Source: Basidiobolus meristosporus CBS 931.73 (lineage: Eukaryota; Fungi; Basidiobolomycota). From it: DNA of 64,000 bases. Each line of letters begins with the position of its first letter. Position 1 is the first letter of the stretch. The notes under the pieces were generated by a model that ran no database searches, was not told the origin of the DNA, and saw only the letters and a list, made by a program, of their open reading frames with translations. The DNA is taken from NCBI GenBank assembly GCA_002104905.1, contig MCFE01000076.1, positions 1-64,000 of the forward strand. Direction: 5' to 3'. The position numbers and the translations under genes are program-made. Positions 26,300 through 39,100 of the stretch are shown piece by piece.

Positions 26300-26985
26300 G
26301 TGTGGTCATTGGCTATTCCTAAACCCATGCTACAAATCGCTATGGCAACCACTGGATTCATCGAAAACTCTAACACTCATAGCCCCACGCCTGCGGATCG
26401 CTGTGTTGCACCTGCCAGCCTTGGGTGCTGACCCCGAGTGGCCGGACGGAATCCCCTGGGTGGCCGTTGTGGCCAGCAGCGGTACAAATGCTTATCGCAA
26501 AGGATTCCGTGCTGCCGGCAGTGATTGAAACACAGCTCCCATTGGCCGTGAAGAAACATGGCCGTGGACGAATCCCTTGCTGATCTGGATGTTCTATGTT
26601 GTACCATTCCAATATCGGGTTCTTGTTGACCTTCTCTCCTTGTTTGATACTGGCGAAACAACCGTGTCCGATATCTGAGGCCTAATTCCCTCCTCCAATC
26701 ATTATATAAAGCAAGTCACATTTGCCAGTCCAATATTTTTATCAGCATTCTCATCATTATTGAGCATCTTTGGTGTCTCCAAGGCTCAGTAATATCCTTG
26801 TTAGAATCGTAGCAAAGTCTTCCAGTAACCTAGGTGAGAAGCATTTCGCCGCAATCACTTGACCCCAGGCTGCAGTACTCAAGCTTCTTGTTGTGCAGCG
26901 GTCTATATATTTGCCTTGTAAGCGGGAACTGTCTTTTTGTGATTCTGTCAAGTCCGCACTCTCCCCCACCGAGTACCTTTAGAAA
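26300..26985 (-). pseudogene. Possible degenerate trypsin-like (S1A) protease relic
   Basis: Across frameshifts: VLGG...QFP, RC..SL...W..IAAKC, NIGL, ICTAAG...GDSVRPL...AWGYEC, in trypsin order and spacing. No signal peptide was found. Confidence 0.33.
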
Positions 26986-27154
26986 ATAGGCGGAACGCTT
27001 CGGTTTCGGAATATTCTTCGTACCCCAGTTACCAACTTTACCTTCTCCGACCAACTCGAATGTTAGGGTCAAAGGAACGCTTCATCTATTTGCTCAACAG
27101 TTATTTTTAATCTTTATTTTTTCCCTAGCCTGCGGAAAGCGCTTTTAAAGCACC

Positions 27155-29465
27155 ATGACGCTACCCTCTCCACAGTATCCTTTGTCGGAAGAAAGGAGGG
27201 TGGACGAAGTTACCTTCTTGGCTGAGTCGGATGATTCCGATTTTGAGGTTGTTGAGGAAACCTTTTTGTGGGATTCTCTGGGCTCTGAGGGGAGTTTGAC
27301 CCCTAGCAAGCAACAGTGCCCCACTCCACCTTCAGCTGAGACACCTCTTTCGTTCGTGCCTGCTGACCTGATGTAAGTATTAGGGGCGGTCAAGAGGGGG
27401 CATAGTTTTCATGTTGGCTGACTTTGCTCGTAGTGAAGGTAAGCCGTGTGCTGCGGACACCAACCAAGATGCGAACGAAGATCTTGCCTCTGAGGGCCAA
27501 CCTCCGTCTGACGAGGGCTCTGAAGAGAGTGAATCAGAAGAAGCGGATCCAATGATTGAGGAAAAGTAAGCAACACATACCCGAGCCAATTGACAAGCAT
27601 CTTGAATAGCAATGTACTAATGCGTCGTCACTTTGACCAGGAGACAATTCCTCGATTGCGCAGCAGAGCGCCTTTCCTCTCCCGCACCCCTGGGACTTCA
27701 TGCCTCGGCTTTTGAAGAGAATCGGCGATTCACCTTGGAAAATTCCACCTTTGATTCAATCACCTTCGAGCTGCCACTCACTCTTAGGATCCTTTTCACA
27801 GGAGCAGGGGCGAATGGTGAGGACAAAGAGCCAATTCTCGAGAAGATTAGCCACTCGCTCGCCCGGTTGTTCGAGCCCTCACCCGCCTCAAGCCAGACCA
27901 TGTCCAGTTCGTCATCACTGCTTGGTTCTAGACGTGAATTCGGCATCAACTATGTCGTCTTGCCCATGTCTGTACTTCTGGGTCGCGATGACCTGCGCAA
28001 TTCTGTGGTGCGTTACGAGGATAGTGGTGTGTATATCCAGGTTGGGGACTTCATCGATCGAAGCGCCTCAGATACCCTTCATTATATCCAGTCGTTGGAG
28101 GCGACTTACCTTGCGTGTCCCCCTCTCGCCCGAAAGAATGTGGTCGATGTGTGCTTCTACTTCATTTCACCCTTTCCCAACAATGACGATATCAATGAGA
28201 TGGTGCTTGTTAGTCGACGAGTGAATGTGGTGCCCATCATTGTCGGAACAGAGGCCCTGAATGTCGATGAGATTGTCGAATGTCGAAGGTCTATCTTGGA
28301 AATGCTTGAAGGGAACGAAGTGAACATCAAGTCCTTCACCGACTCGAACATTCTGCTCACCCACGGATGGCTCAAGAACAAAGGAGACGTATGCGGAGAA
28401 ACCATCCTTACCACTACGGAATTCACCTTGCTGGATAGTCAATGTGTGTACAATCGAATCCTGGAGTTTCATGAGGAGGCAATCCAGTCTGCAGCCAAAC
28501 GAGCAGTGTCCGAGTCCAAGCGGAAGAAACGGCAATCTCTCCGCTGGCTCACCACCCTCATATTTATTTTCTCGCTGGTTCTGTGGATTCTTTTGCCGAT
28601 CCCTGGTCTTGATCCTGACATCCCCGATGAACCGGCGGTGAGTTTGAAGGAACAATCCAACAGATCAGGGCTGATGAATGAGAGCATCAGCGAGCCGACA
28701 AAGCTCCTTTCCCCTCAGCCATCCGAATCAAACGCAATCTCCGTCATTAACAAGTCCTCCACCGATCTCATAGTACATTCATTCCATCTGCCAATATCTA
28801 GACTTGAAGCAGATCCACTCAAGTCCCAAGCGACGCATCTCAAATCTGCACCCTTAAAGAGCAAGCCCCTCGCCTCGACTCAGGCTCCCCAAACCCTCCA
28901 TGCATCTGAACAGCCTCGGCCGGCCACCGCAGAAGCCTCGGCACTCGACGAGCATGTGGAGAAACAAAAAAGCCCCACATGCGCATTTTCTCGCAATCAG
29001 CTAGACAGCACAGAACGACCCGATGTTCAGGAGCCTACAGAAACAAACGGCCAGGATAAGACCTCAAATGTTCAATCCAAGGAAGAATGCTTGGCCTCGT
29101 CGCTTCGATGCATGCTTCAAAGAACCCGAAAAAGCCTTAGTATCCCTATCAAAGGATCAGCCAGATACATATTGGAGATTCGCTCGAAGATCCGGTCCAC
29201 GGCCTTTACCGCCCTGGGCGATCTTGTTGACATGTACATGGATCATGCCCATCCTCATCTCGACTGGTACCTCGAGAAAGTGCTACACTGCCGAACGATC
29301 ATTCGACAAAAGATCTCAACCGCCAAAAGCTACCTTGGAAGGGAATACGGCAAGAAAGTAGACCAGATTTCCGAGCCACTCATGACGAAAATGGTGGAGA
29401 TAAGAAAGGTGTTTAGGGAACGGTTCTCCAATCTCAAAGAAAGAGTGCTCAAAACCACCCGTTAG
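27155..29465 (+). CDS. Septin-like P-loop domain protein with degenerate GTPase motifs and one TM helix (3 exons)
   Basis: Exons about 27155-27372, 27433-27564 and 27641-29465 join in frame. Septin-like VDVCFYFISP and RRVNVVPII...LNVDEI...RRSILEML; TM WLTTLIFIFSLVLWILLPIPGL preceded by KRKKR. Confidence 0.85.
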
Positions 29466-30336
29466 CAGTGTCCACGATTACTTGCTGCCGCCGATTGTTA
29501 TCTGTACCATTTTCCCAATTGAAGCATAATACCTGTACTCATTTTGCACGACGCTCTCTTTATTGAAGTTTAATTCTGTTGTTTTAGGAGCTACCGGCTC
29601 CTCAGCGTCCACCCGTGTTGTTGGTGATGCTGCATGTGTCCCATGAATTTGATGACCATTTGCGAAAGTTTTCCCTGTTACTTTGATTGAATTTTCTGCA
29701 CACGTTTCTTCCGATCTGGATAGTATGTTGTTTGACGCACTTACTGAGTTCGGGCACTCTGCTGCCTACTTGCCTTAATGGATGATTTCCTAGTATGTGA
29801 AGGAACACCCCCCCCTCTGGGCCCATTTGTTTCTCCGTTGTGGGTAAGCAGAGCATGCTGAATATTGTACCTTTGCGGGAGTGTCGAGCGTGTGTGGAGA
29901 AGCTTGCAATATCTATAAATTACATCTCCCATATATAATGTTCAAATCTTATTTTATTAAACATGAAAAACCCATTTGGCTTGCAAGTGTTGGGGCTCGG
30001 GCTCAGGCTCCGACTCTGGCATTAGTATTCTGTGATGGATTCGATGGAACAAGCAAGCCCTGGTTCTCACGCATAATAGTAAATCTCTGTAAGGGCGTTA
30101 TCTGCTTGGCATCAGCCAGTACAGCAGGCTCAACGATTGAGCATCTTGATTAGAGAGCGCTCTCACTGAAAGTGAGCCCATTCTATGCTCCTATTTATGG
30201 ACATGGCTACGAAATGGATTGAACGTTCTTGCCTTTATTTTGATTGGCATGCCATCCAACGTCTAAGCAAAATTAATACCAACTGAGTAGAATCTAAATG
30301 AGATGGCTAACACATATCTCCTGATTATTGTGGAGC

Positions 30337-31100
30337 CTAACGGTTGCTGACAACGAGCTCCATAAATTGCTCGTAATTGATGTTAACCCAACCGTCAGAG
30401 TCATTGTCAAATCTTCTGAAGGCATCAGTCAGGGATTTGATAGTAACACTAACTTGGATAAAGTTATCGAAGGTGATGCTGCCAGTGCCTAAGAACCCCG
30501 TGTTGCAATGAGTGAGGTGCTTTGGATGCCCTTGCCTAACCATACGTACCTTTTTTGTCATATTTGCGGATGATCAAGGAAAGGAATTTGTCACTGAGGT
30601 TATAACCGAAGGTGACCATGGCGTTCTTCAGTTCTCCCTGATCGATAAAGCCACTACGGTCTTTGTCGAAGCTCATGAAACATCTTTTCCAGTCATCGAT
30701 ATACTTCCATAGACCACAGAATTCGGCAAAATTGATGGTTCCGCTATCATCTCTGTCGAACATGCCGATCATCATACGGACTGTTTCGATGTTGAAAGGG
30801 CTCCAGTCACCTAGCAGAAAGATCAGGCTCTGCACTTGCCGGGTCTGTAGGAGTTCGCTGTATAAATACCGTTTAATAGCGCCTTTTGAAGCTCGTCAGC
30901 AGTGATTGATCCGCTGTTGTCACTAGATAATCACAGATACCGGTCAGTAATTGAAGGGAGGGCCAGTATTTCGACCATGGGTACATACGCGTCGACCGTT
31001 TGGAACCAAACTTGAAGCTGTTGAGGAGGTACCGCTAGATGATATTGAGGCTATGGTTAGATCAATGCCAGTTGGAAATACCATTCGACATCTTACCCAT
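30337..31100 (-). CDS. PEF1: Penta-EF-hand Ca2+-binding protein (Pef1/peflin/ALG-2 family)
   Basis: Spliced WFQTVDADNSGSITADELQKALLNGDWSPFNIETVRMMIGMFDRDDSGTINFAEF...FDKDRSGFID...FDNDSDGWVNINYEQF. The start at 31100 is inferred from a 4-nt first coding exon. Confidence 0.93.
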
Positions 31101-31404
31101 CTTGTGAAAGTTGTTAAGAAAACTTGCACCCAAGTAAATGGTATTTCTATGCAATTTCCATCCAACGCCGAAATTAGCGCGAAGGATGCTGATTGGCTAC
31201 TCGTCGCTATTTGGGATTATTATCATCCAGGAGAATCCCCAAGCACGAGCTCTGATGGCATGAATCCAAGGCTTATTTGAATTTGGTATTTGTGGACCAG
31301 AGGTGACTCTCTCCTCACATTTTTGATGAAATTGACGTCATAACATCCAGGTGCTATAAGAGATTCGTCTTGGCAGAGTGGTTGGGTTAAACTGTAACTT
31401 AACT

Positions 31405-34001
31405 ATGGAGCAGTTCCGCGAACTCGTTGACACCACTGTCAATACACTGAAGTTCAAGAAGAGTCAGCGCAACACTGACTCTTTTCTCTTCATGAAATAT
31501 CACAAGCAGCAGATAGAATCCAATCCAACTGATTTTTTTGCTGATTTTGTGATCGTTTTTCGGTATCCTACCCCCCGCATGGAAGCCACTCCAGCGGAAA
31601 GAGTTCAGCTAGAAGAGAACGTCATGCAAGCCTTCCGTAACATGCTCGAACGAATCGAAAATGCGGGCCTGATGTGTGAGGTCCGAAAGGGCGATCCCAA
31701 GAGCTTGCTAATCTTTATCTTGTGCCCCAAAGACAAAATATATACCAAATACCGCCTGAACAGGTACTTCTCCCACTCTTAACAGTCACAAAGCCTCCGC
31801 TGATGAACCGTTTCCTACTCGGCAGAGTTAACGATTGGCTTGCTGGGCTTCACATCACTGGTAAGAATTATTCTAAAGAAGCTAGCGAGCCCTGGAAAAT
31901 TATCAACAGCCAAATTCCCACCACGGCCGAAAGGCACCGTGTTGAATACCAATTGTTGACTGGCCCGGTAGCCGAAGGAAATGCCGGTGTGATCCCCGGG
32001 GAAAGCTTCGTCGAATCAGTCTTCCCACTCCACAACCGAAAGTTCAATGAAGTAAAACCGTACCCCCTTTGGCCTGTTTACTTCTCAGTGCTAACGCTTC
32101 CATTGATTACAGAAATGGCTCATGTCCTGGGGAACCACCTGGCAAGTCAGCAAAAATGATCTCACTCAGCTTCGCGACGAGTTCGGTGAAAAGGTAACTC
32201 TCCAAAAGGATTGCACACGTTACTCGTTACTCATCTCGTTTATTTGTACGAAAGGTCGCCTTTTACTTCGCATTCCTTAAATTCTATTTCGTAGGGCTTG
32301 TTCCGTTAGCCGCAATCGGGCTTGTCGCATACTTCTTTTCGATCAACTTCTCCATTATTCTCTCCCTACTGACGTGCATATGGTCGGTCTTTTTCTTGGC
32401 ATCCTGGAGTTGGAAGGAGAGAAACTGGGCCGCTCGTTGGTCGGTGAGCAATTGTCGAAGAGTGGAGGAATTTCGGCCACAGTTCAAGTCGTCGGACAAA
32501 AGATACGACCAGATAACCGGAAAAACAGTATATTACTTCCCCCATTGGAAGCGCTGGCTCCGAAAGTTGCTGGTGGCTCCTCTGATTGTTGGCTTCGCAT
32601 TGGCTCTGTTATCGGCCATCTCCACCACGTTCTTTTTCGAGTTCATGGTCCGAGAATACTACCACGGGCCTTTCAAGAAGTTCTTCGTAAGTCAGACCAG
32701 TAAAGGCCCCGTTCGAGCAAGCAGCTAATCTCTCATCTCTACACAGAAATACACATCGGTGGCAATCTATTCAGTCTCGGTCCCTCACTTGACCAAATTG
32801 TACCGGAAATTCGCCATGCGACTCAACGACTTCGAGAACTACGCAACGGAAACGAAATACCACTCCAACCTCACATACAAAATCTTCATCAACAGCTTCT
32901 TCCTAACCTATGTGTCGGTTTTTCTTGTGGCTTGGGTGTTCATTCCCTTCGGAGACGACCTTGCCTTCTGGATCAAGAATCGATTTGCCCTTGAGCACTT
33001 TGATATCCGTTTTGGCCCGTCCCGATTGATCACTCAGATCATGCTTACCATTCATATCAAGAGTCTGGTGTCGGGATTCTTCATCCCTATAGGGAAAAGG
33101 GCTCTCTCCTATTACAAGAGGAAAATCAAGTCGGTGGTCAGACGCCATCAAGGTCGCGAGGACGCGGATCAACAGAGATTCATTGACAGCGTTATTGTCG
33201 AGAGTAAACTTCCTGACTACGACATCTATGGGGATTTTGTTGACATGACTACACAGGTATGGACATTCAGGCCCTGCTGCCCAATTGGTTGCCAGCACTA
33301 ACGGGAAACATCGGGCAACTTGTAGTTTGGATCCGTTTGTCTGTTTACCAGCGTCTGGCCCCTTGCGCCACTGGCGGTGCTGGCTTGTGTGTGGGTCGAG
33401 ACGCGATCGGATGCGGTCAAGATTTGCTTCCGAACCAAGTGACTATCATAGCATACCACCTTGCAAATCGGTCGGAATTTAACCCAGTATTCTGATCCAC
33501 AGGCGTCCCATCCCCATCAGAGCGGAGAGTATCGGCCCTTGGAAGCGTACGATGGTATGTATGTAGTCGATTGCCGAGGCGACGCACCTTGTTAACCGCG
33601 CTTGGTAGGAATTTCTCGCTTGGTTGGGAACCATCGTCAACACCTTGTTCCTGTATCAATTCCGGAATTTCAGCGACATGTCTACTGATCCACACACCTG
33701 GGAGAACCTGGATTACATGCATATCATTTACGCCGCCGTCATAGCCGTCATTTCGGAGCACCTATTCCTGGTATTTCGTGCGACTGCCGGAAAGCTGATA
33801 AGCTCCATACCGAGCTGGGTAGACACCCAAGTGCAGCAAGAGACCCAAACTCTGAAGGAGGAGCTGTTGAAGAATGTGACCGATGCCGAACTTGTTAATC
33901 AGAAACAGACGTCCGTCAACCAGGAGAAACTGGACATCGGTGCCGAGCAACAGTACCACATTGGCGTCGCGGAGATTCGAAGTGAATTCAAAAATCTCTA
34001 G
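31405..34001 (+). CDS. Anoctamin/TMEM16-family scramblase or channel (multi-exon)
   Basis: DFVIVF, LRDEFGEKVAFYFAFL, EEFRPQF, DFVDMTTQFG, WPLAP...ETRSDAVK, RPIPIRAESIGPW; multiple TM segments; about 7 GT-AG introns. Confidence 0.93.
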
Positions 34002-34975
34002 AGCCCTCATATCCTTCCAGACCATCTTGATATGAATCTATTGGACCCCCCTCCCCCCTCCTCCCAAACAAACAGGTCATTCTTTCAGGTTGATCATTCC
34101 TTCCCAACTCCTCTTGCTCACAGCTAAACTCGAGAAAGTATGCAACTCAGATGTTATGTTGCATTGGACAAAGGTTGGGATGTACTCTCCTCCAAAATAT
34201 CAAATAAAATTCCCACCCACTCACCCGTATGTCGACCGACTTCCCTTTTCCAGAGCCGCTAGCCGGTCGATAGCATGAAGATACTGGCCAAGTTGCACTG
34301 GTGAAGCGAGGCCCTATTGTACTGTACTACCTCCGTCGAGTCACTGGCAAGAGAAGACCCTGACGAGTCAGTGGCTGGCGAAGGTGCATCCCCATGGACG
34401 TCACCTCGGCAAACGCCTTCGGCTACGCAGCTCACATCAACGACGCGACGCGGATCTTCGGTGGTCTGAGGCAAGGGCTTGACAAGATTCAGGTAAGAGC
34501 ACGGCAGTAAGTTGGGCATTGATTTTAATCCGATATCGAACCAAGTAATTGTTTAAAAATCATATAGTGCAAAGAAGATTAATTATACGCAATTCTATGA
34601 TACAATAGGGATGGGTGGTGAAGCGTTTGGTGAATATTTCTGGCCGAGGGAATTCCAAGGGAAAAACTTGCGCAAGCAAATGGGTAAATCGTATTGATCC
34701 TGCCGAAGGATTTAAACAAGAAACAAAAAGGTCTTAATCCAAGATATTTGCAAAGCCAGCCAATGTTGTGATAATCCAGTTTACCAGCAACAAAAGCTCA
34801 ATGTCTTGTATGGTACCGATTAGTCGCACCTGATGTGGGCAACTCGCGGCTCAATAGAAGTCATGAATTAGGGTAAAACAAAGTGCAAGCCAAAGTAAAT
34901 GTTGATAATGATTAGAAATATGTATGTAATGAGAAATATAACAGTATCTTCAGTTGTCGGTGGGTTCCGCTAGCC

Positions 34976-36196
34976 TTATCCTGCCTTGCCGCTGTGGATC
35001 TTGGTATGGCGTCGCAGGTTGCTTACTACTGAGAAATGGCGACCGCAGCCTTCGTAGGGGCATTGGAATGGCTTTTCCCCGGTATGCGAGTACATATGGG
35101 TATTGAGCGAGCTAGGACGACTAAATCCCTTCTGGCAGATGGCGCAATGATACCTTTTTGCAGAGAGAGATGTTATTCTGGAGCTAAAGGTAGTCATCAT
35201 CGATGTCGGTGGACGGTTGGTGGACCTGTTACGCTGGCCAGCAGCCATTGATTTAGGCCATCCTGATTGCATCGACTCGGTGTGACTGGTGTATTGCGGC
35301 TCTTCCGTCTTTATCTTCGTATCATCAAGCATTCTCTTCTTGGACCCCGCCAAGTGATGAAACTCTGGTTCGATAGACATGCTGTAGCCGAAAACGGTAG
35401 ACATCTTTTCAAAGCTGGCGTGGTCATTGGAAGAGTGGGTTTCCAGGTTGTCATGGTAATAAGGATGGTTGGGTACACTTTCAAAATGCGATGTTTGCTG
35501 GCTTGATACTAGTGAGGAGGGGTATACTGGACTCGGCTGCTGAATAATGCTCGCGTGGTGGCTGTCACAAGTCTCCTTCACACTGGAGACTTGGAAGGCC
35601 GTGTCCTCGAGACAAATGAACGATCCTGGGGAGCTGGGAGACTGGATGATGGGAGAGCCTATGAACTCAGGGTCAGCGAAATACGGCTGAGGCGAGTTTT
35701 CGGATGAGGAGTTCTCTCCTGGGTAATTGCCAAACGGCGAGCAGGTGTCCCTGTAAAGACCTGGAACACTCTCGATGGAGTATTTGCGGTGTGAGAGATG
35801 TTGGGCAATCCGAGAGGTGCTGTCAACATCGTGTGAGCAATTTCCAAATGGAGTGGTTTCTTGGGTAGGCAGTGTGTCAATCTGAAGCAGCTCTGGCTCC
35901 TCAACCTTAACCTGAGCATCCATGCCGGCAGAACTCAGTCCGATGGAGGTCCCGTAGGGCGAGCTAAAAGAACATAGATTTGCCGCTGGCTCCTTGGGTA
36001 CGAGAGCGTCTGCTCCGTGCGTAATGCCAAGTCCAGCATGGCTGTAACAGTTTTTTACTTTCCACTCGTTTGGGTTGAAAATTGTCGACGTTAATGCTGC
36101 AGCTTGCTCAAAAGTGTCGTCACCGCTAGGCCCTTCCCCGCTGGTGTGTTTGGAAGAGGAACAAAAATAGAAAGGGTAAATTGACGAATAAGTCAT
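34976..36196 (-). CDS. C2H2 zinc-finger transcription factor (two C-terminal fingers; MtfA/Nrg1-like)
   Basis: CAICQKGFSRPSSLNTHMYSHTGEKPFQCPYEGCGRHFSVVSNLRRHTKIH; Ser/Pro-rich N-terminus; first ATG at 36196. Confidence 0.93.
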   Translation of the reverse strand: MTYSSIYPFYFCSSSKHTSGEGPSGDDTFEQAAALTSTIFNPNEWKVKNCYSHAGLGITHGADALVPKEPAANLCSFSSPYGTSIGLSSAGMDAQVKVEEPELLQIDTLPTQETTPFGNCSHDVDSTSRIAQHLSHRKYSIESVPGLYRDTCSPFGNYPGENSSSENSPQPYFADPEFIGSPIIQSPSSPGSFICLEDTAFQVSSVKETCDSHHASIIQQPSPVYPSSLVSSQQTSHFESVPNHPYYHDNLETHSSNDHASFEKMSTVFGYSMSIEPEFHHLAGSKKRMLDDTKIKTEEPQYTSHTESMQSGWPKSMAAGQRNRSTNRPPTSMMTTFSSRITSLSAKRYHCAICQKGFSRPSSLNTHMYSHTGEKPFQCPYEGCGRHFSVVSNLRRHTKIHSGKAG

Positions 36197-39100
36197 ATTC
36201 GAAGAGGACCAAAACTTAATGAACACAAGAAAGCCTCAATCTATCAGCAGATTTGAGATACTGGACTCCAGAATATTGATGAGAGCAGCTAAATCGGAAG
36301 GAGGGAGCTCGCGGCATTTAAATCGTTTCGGGCTGCGGGCGTGCTGACCAATGGTTGCTCCAGGAATACCTAGGTGCATTGCCATCCAAAGATAAACGAG
36401 GCGTCCGAATATGGAATGAGCCTGTCCCTCGGTGGTGATCCTACTAACACTGGAGAGGTGATTTGGTGCCAGCACAATACTTAATAATATAATGAATACA
36501 GAGCATAATAGTTTATACAGAACCTGTCGTTGATCTTGCTTTTTGGGCTCATCATGAGCATTTGGGATCACAGAGTACGGCTGGTGGATAACCCATCCAT
36601 CTCCACTGGTGACATAATGCTATTGATGGGAGTGAGTCTATAGATAGCGTACCAAAAATGCATTTACGAATCTCATAACACCACTTACCGTTCAAACCCG
36701 AAATGGACTGGAATCCTGAGTGTAACGTAACGCTTCAACTGAAGAAAACGTGAGATCCTCGGATTTAATGCGTGATTTCACCAGGTGTATCTTGAAATAC
36801 CCTCGCTGTCTCTCAATTGCCAAAAGGAGCAGGAATTCTACTCCAAAAAGATAAATTAGATTATAGCATCGAGTAGTCATCCCACACCTATACCTGACAA
36901 CGATGATACAGATTGATGAGGGGAATTCTGACTTTTCGGATCAGTCCTGCAGTTGTTGGTACGTCAAGTTTTACTGACCATTTGACAAGAGAATGTCAAA
37001 ATATTGGCCCCAAGACGACCATTGGGCAGGCTGGCACCAATCCCGAACTGCATCAATAATGTTTGAATGGGATTTGGGTTTCGTGTTTGCAGTTGGAGCA
37101 CATTGCATGCGCTGCTGATGGAGAGTCAAGGCTGATCAGATGACGAGCCGCCAGGCTATTCTCTTGACCAAAACTGCTGAGCGCACCCCTCCATCCCAGA
37201 CATCGAGCAGACTCATCACGCCGCCACATGCAGCGATGCTCACCATCAGCATCCGTCTGGAGGAAGTGGAGGCTAGGGTCATTAAGACCTAATCGTGTAT
37301 GTGGGTTAGGCTTAATCAAGCCCCAGTGCGTCGCAGTTTCGGATTCTATAGCCTCTTCCACCAGGCACCTGCTCTGATTGCGAATCGCGGAAGCGCCTAT
37401 TGGAGCCAGAGCAATGGAATCGCCCTGTACCAAGTGCTACGCTGTTTCGCTCTGAGCACCCTGTATAACCTCAGTGCTCTTAACCTCTTAACCTTAACCC
37501 CAATACTCTTTAGCTCGAGCATCCTCCTGATCCATGATCGCACATCATCAGCCATCCGGAATTGCTTCCAGCGCCCACATGTTTGATTCCTCGCTGCCAA
37601 CAATGCCCAAGGCCAGGTGGCGCTTAGGGCATAGAGCATTGTGCCAACCCGATTCCTCAAAATCCGCACTTTGGGTATTTGATCCACATATTACTTAAAA
37701 GGGCCAGGAGTCGATGCGCCGCAGCTGGCATCGCAACGAACTATGGCTCGCATTTCAATCGACCCACCTGAAACCAATGGGGCATTCACCATCACCTGCA
37801 GTCAAGGTGACAGTGCTCCAATGTAACCCGGCCGACGGCCTCCAGGGGGAGCCTATGTGAAAATCTGGCCAGAGTGGCAAGGGAGAATCGACGGAAACAT
37901 GCCACAGCCAAGCAAGCAAAGGCGACACCGAATTTGTATTAGATTGTGCGACCCTGGTGGGTCCGCTTCCAGTTAGCATGTGATCCTGGATGGAGAATCC
38001 AGAATACTGGTAGTTTATTTCCCTGCCTTGCGGAAAGATCCATGGCAATCGTCGCGGAAATTCACTGAATGTTGGCCAAACGCTGGCTCCAATTCGATTG
38101 GGTCGCTGGTAAATGAAATTTAATTATCGCCATTCAGCCATCAATGCCAACTGATTGAATTAAGGATTTGTTCCAACACCAACCAACCCTGGCAACCCAT
38201 TCTCAGGGCCCGAACAACGGTGGTCTGGAATTAGCGTAGGCGTGTGCGATGTGCCAACTGAGCAATCTCATGAAAATAATCAAGAGCTGATTTACAATAT
38301 TCCCCATAGATTTTCCCTTTTATGACATAGTGCTGCAACCCAGAAAGTATCCCTGAGCTTGATGGGCCCAGAGGTTCAACGAGGCTGAGATAGTAAGGTC
38401 TTCCAGCCTCTCGATCGTCACATTGTGTGACAAGCAAGCCAAACAGTGCATTCTAGAGGGGAGGGTGAAGCCCTGATCACCATGTTGCCATCGGATGGCA
38501 ATCACCGCATCCAAGGAGGAGGCCTCTTCAGCAGGGGTACCGCACCGCCGTGCTGGAGAGCACATCGACTGAACTTTTATGGATTCCATATTTAACTGAG
38601 TTCCAAGTTAAGAATCTTTGGGGAAGCATGGATCTAACACCATTCACCAGCATGATGACCACTGCCACGCAAGCCGATTTTCCTTGCAAGGCCAGCCAAT
38701 CTGAGGTGTCCGTGGAAGAGAGTTGTTAGATTATCTCGGATGGTTCATTCTCCCATGGCTTCGGGATGTGCAGTGTACTCAGGAAGGCCGCCTCTTCTGG
38801 TGTAGCACACGCTGTTCGTCAAAGATCCTAGAGGCATCTGCCGCCACACATTCATCATCGCTTCAATCCCATTCTAACCCCTGAGGCAGCTTCCAAGACT
38901 TGAACCAACAATTGATACATTTATTCTGGATTTGACATACTGATGATCCACATGACATATCCGAGGTCTGTATTAGAAATGGATCATCTTTGTTGATCGT
39001 GAGGGTGCTGCCCATCACCCGTGTTGCATGAACGTACAAGCACTTCAACACAAATACTATAATTAGCCGCGCACATTGTCTGAGACTGAGGATATGTGGG

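Noticed and set aside
30951-31280. 109-aa plus-strand ORF upstream of the anoctamin
   Set aside because: It overlaps the PEF first exons antisense and the shared promoter, and has no recognisable domain.
34259-34519. 86-aa minus ORF, and a plus-strand VSGWRRCIP resembling a P450 heme motif
   Set aside because: It does not fit FxxGxRxCxG, a stop lies just upstream, and there is no other P450 feature.
37478-37502. TTAACC-like repeats resembling telomeric sequence
   Set aside because: Three imperfect units only.
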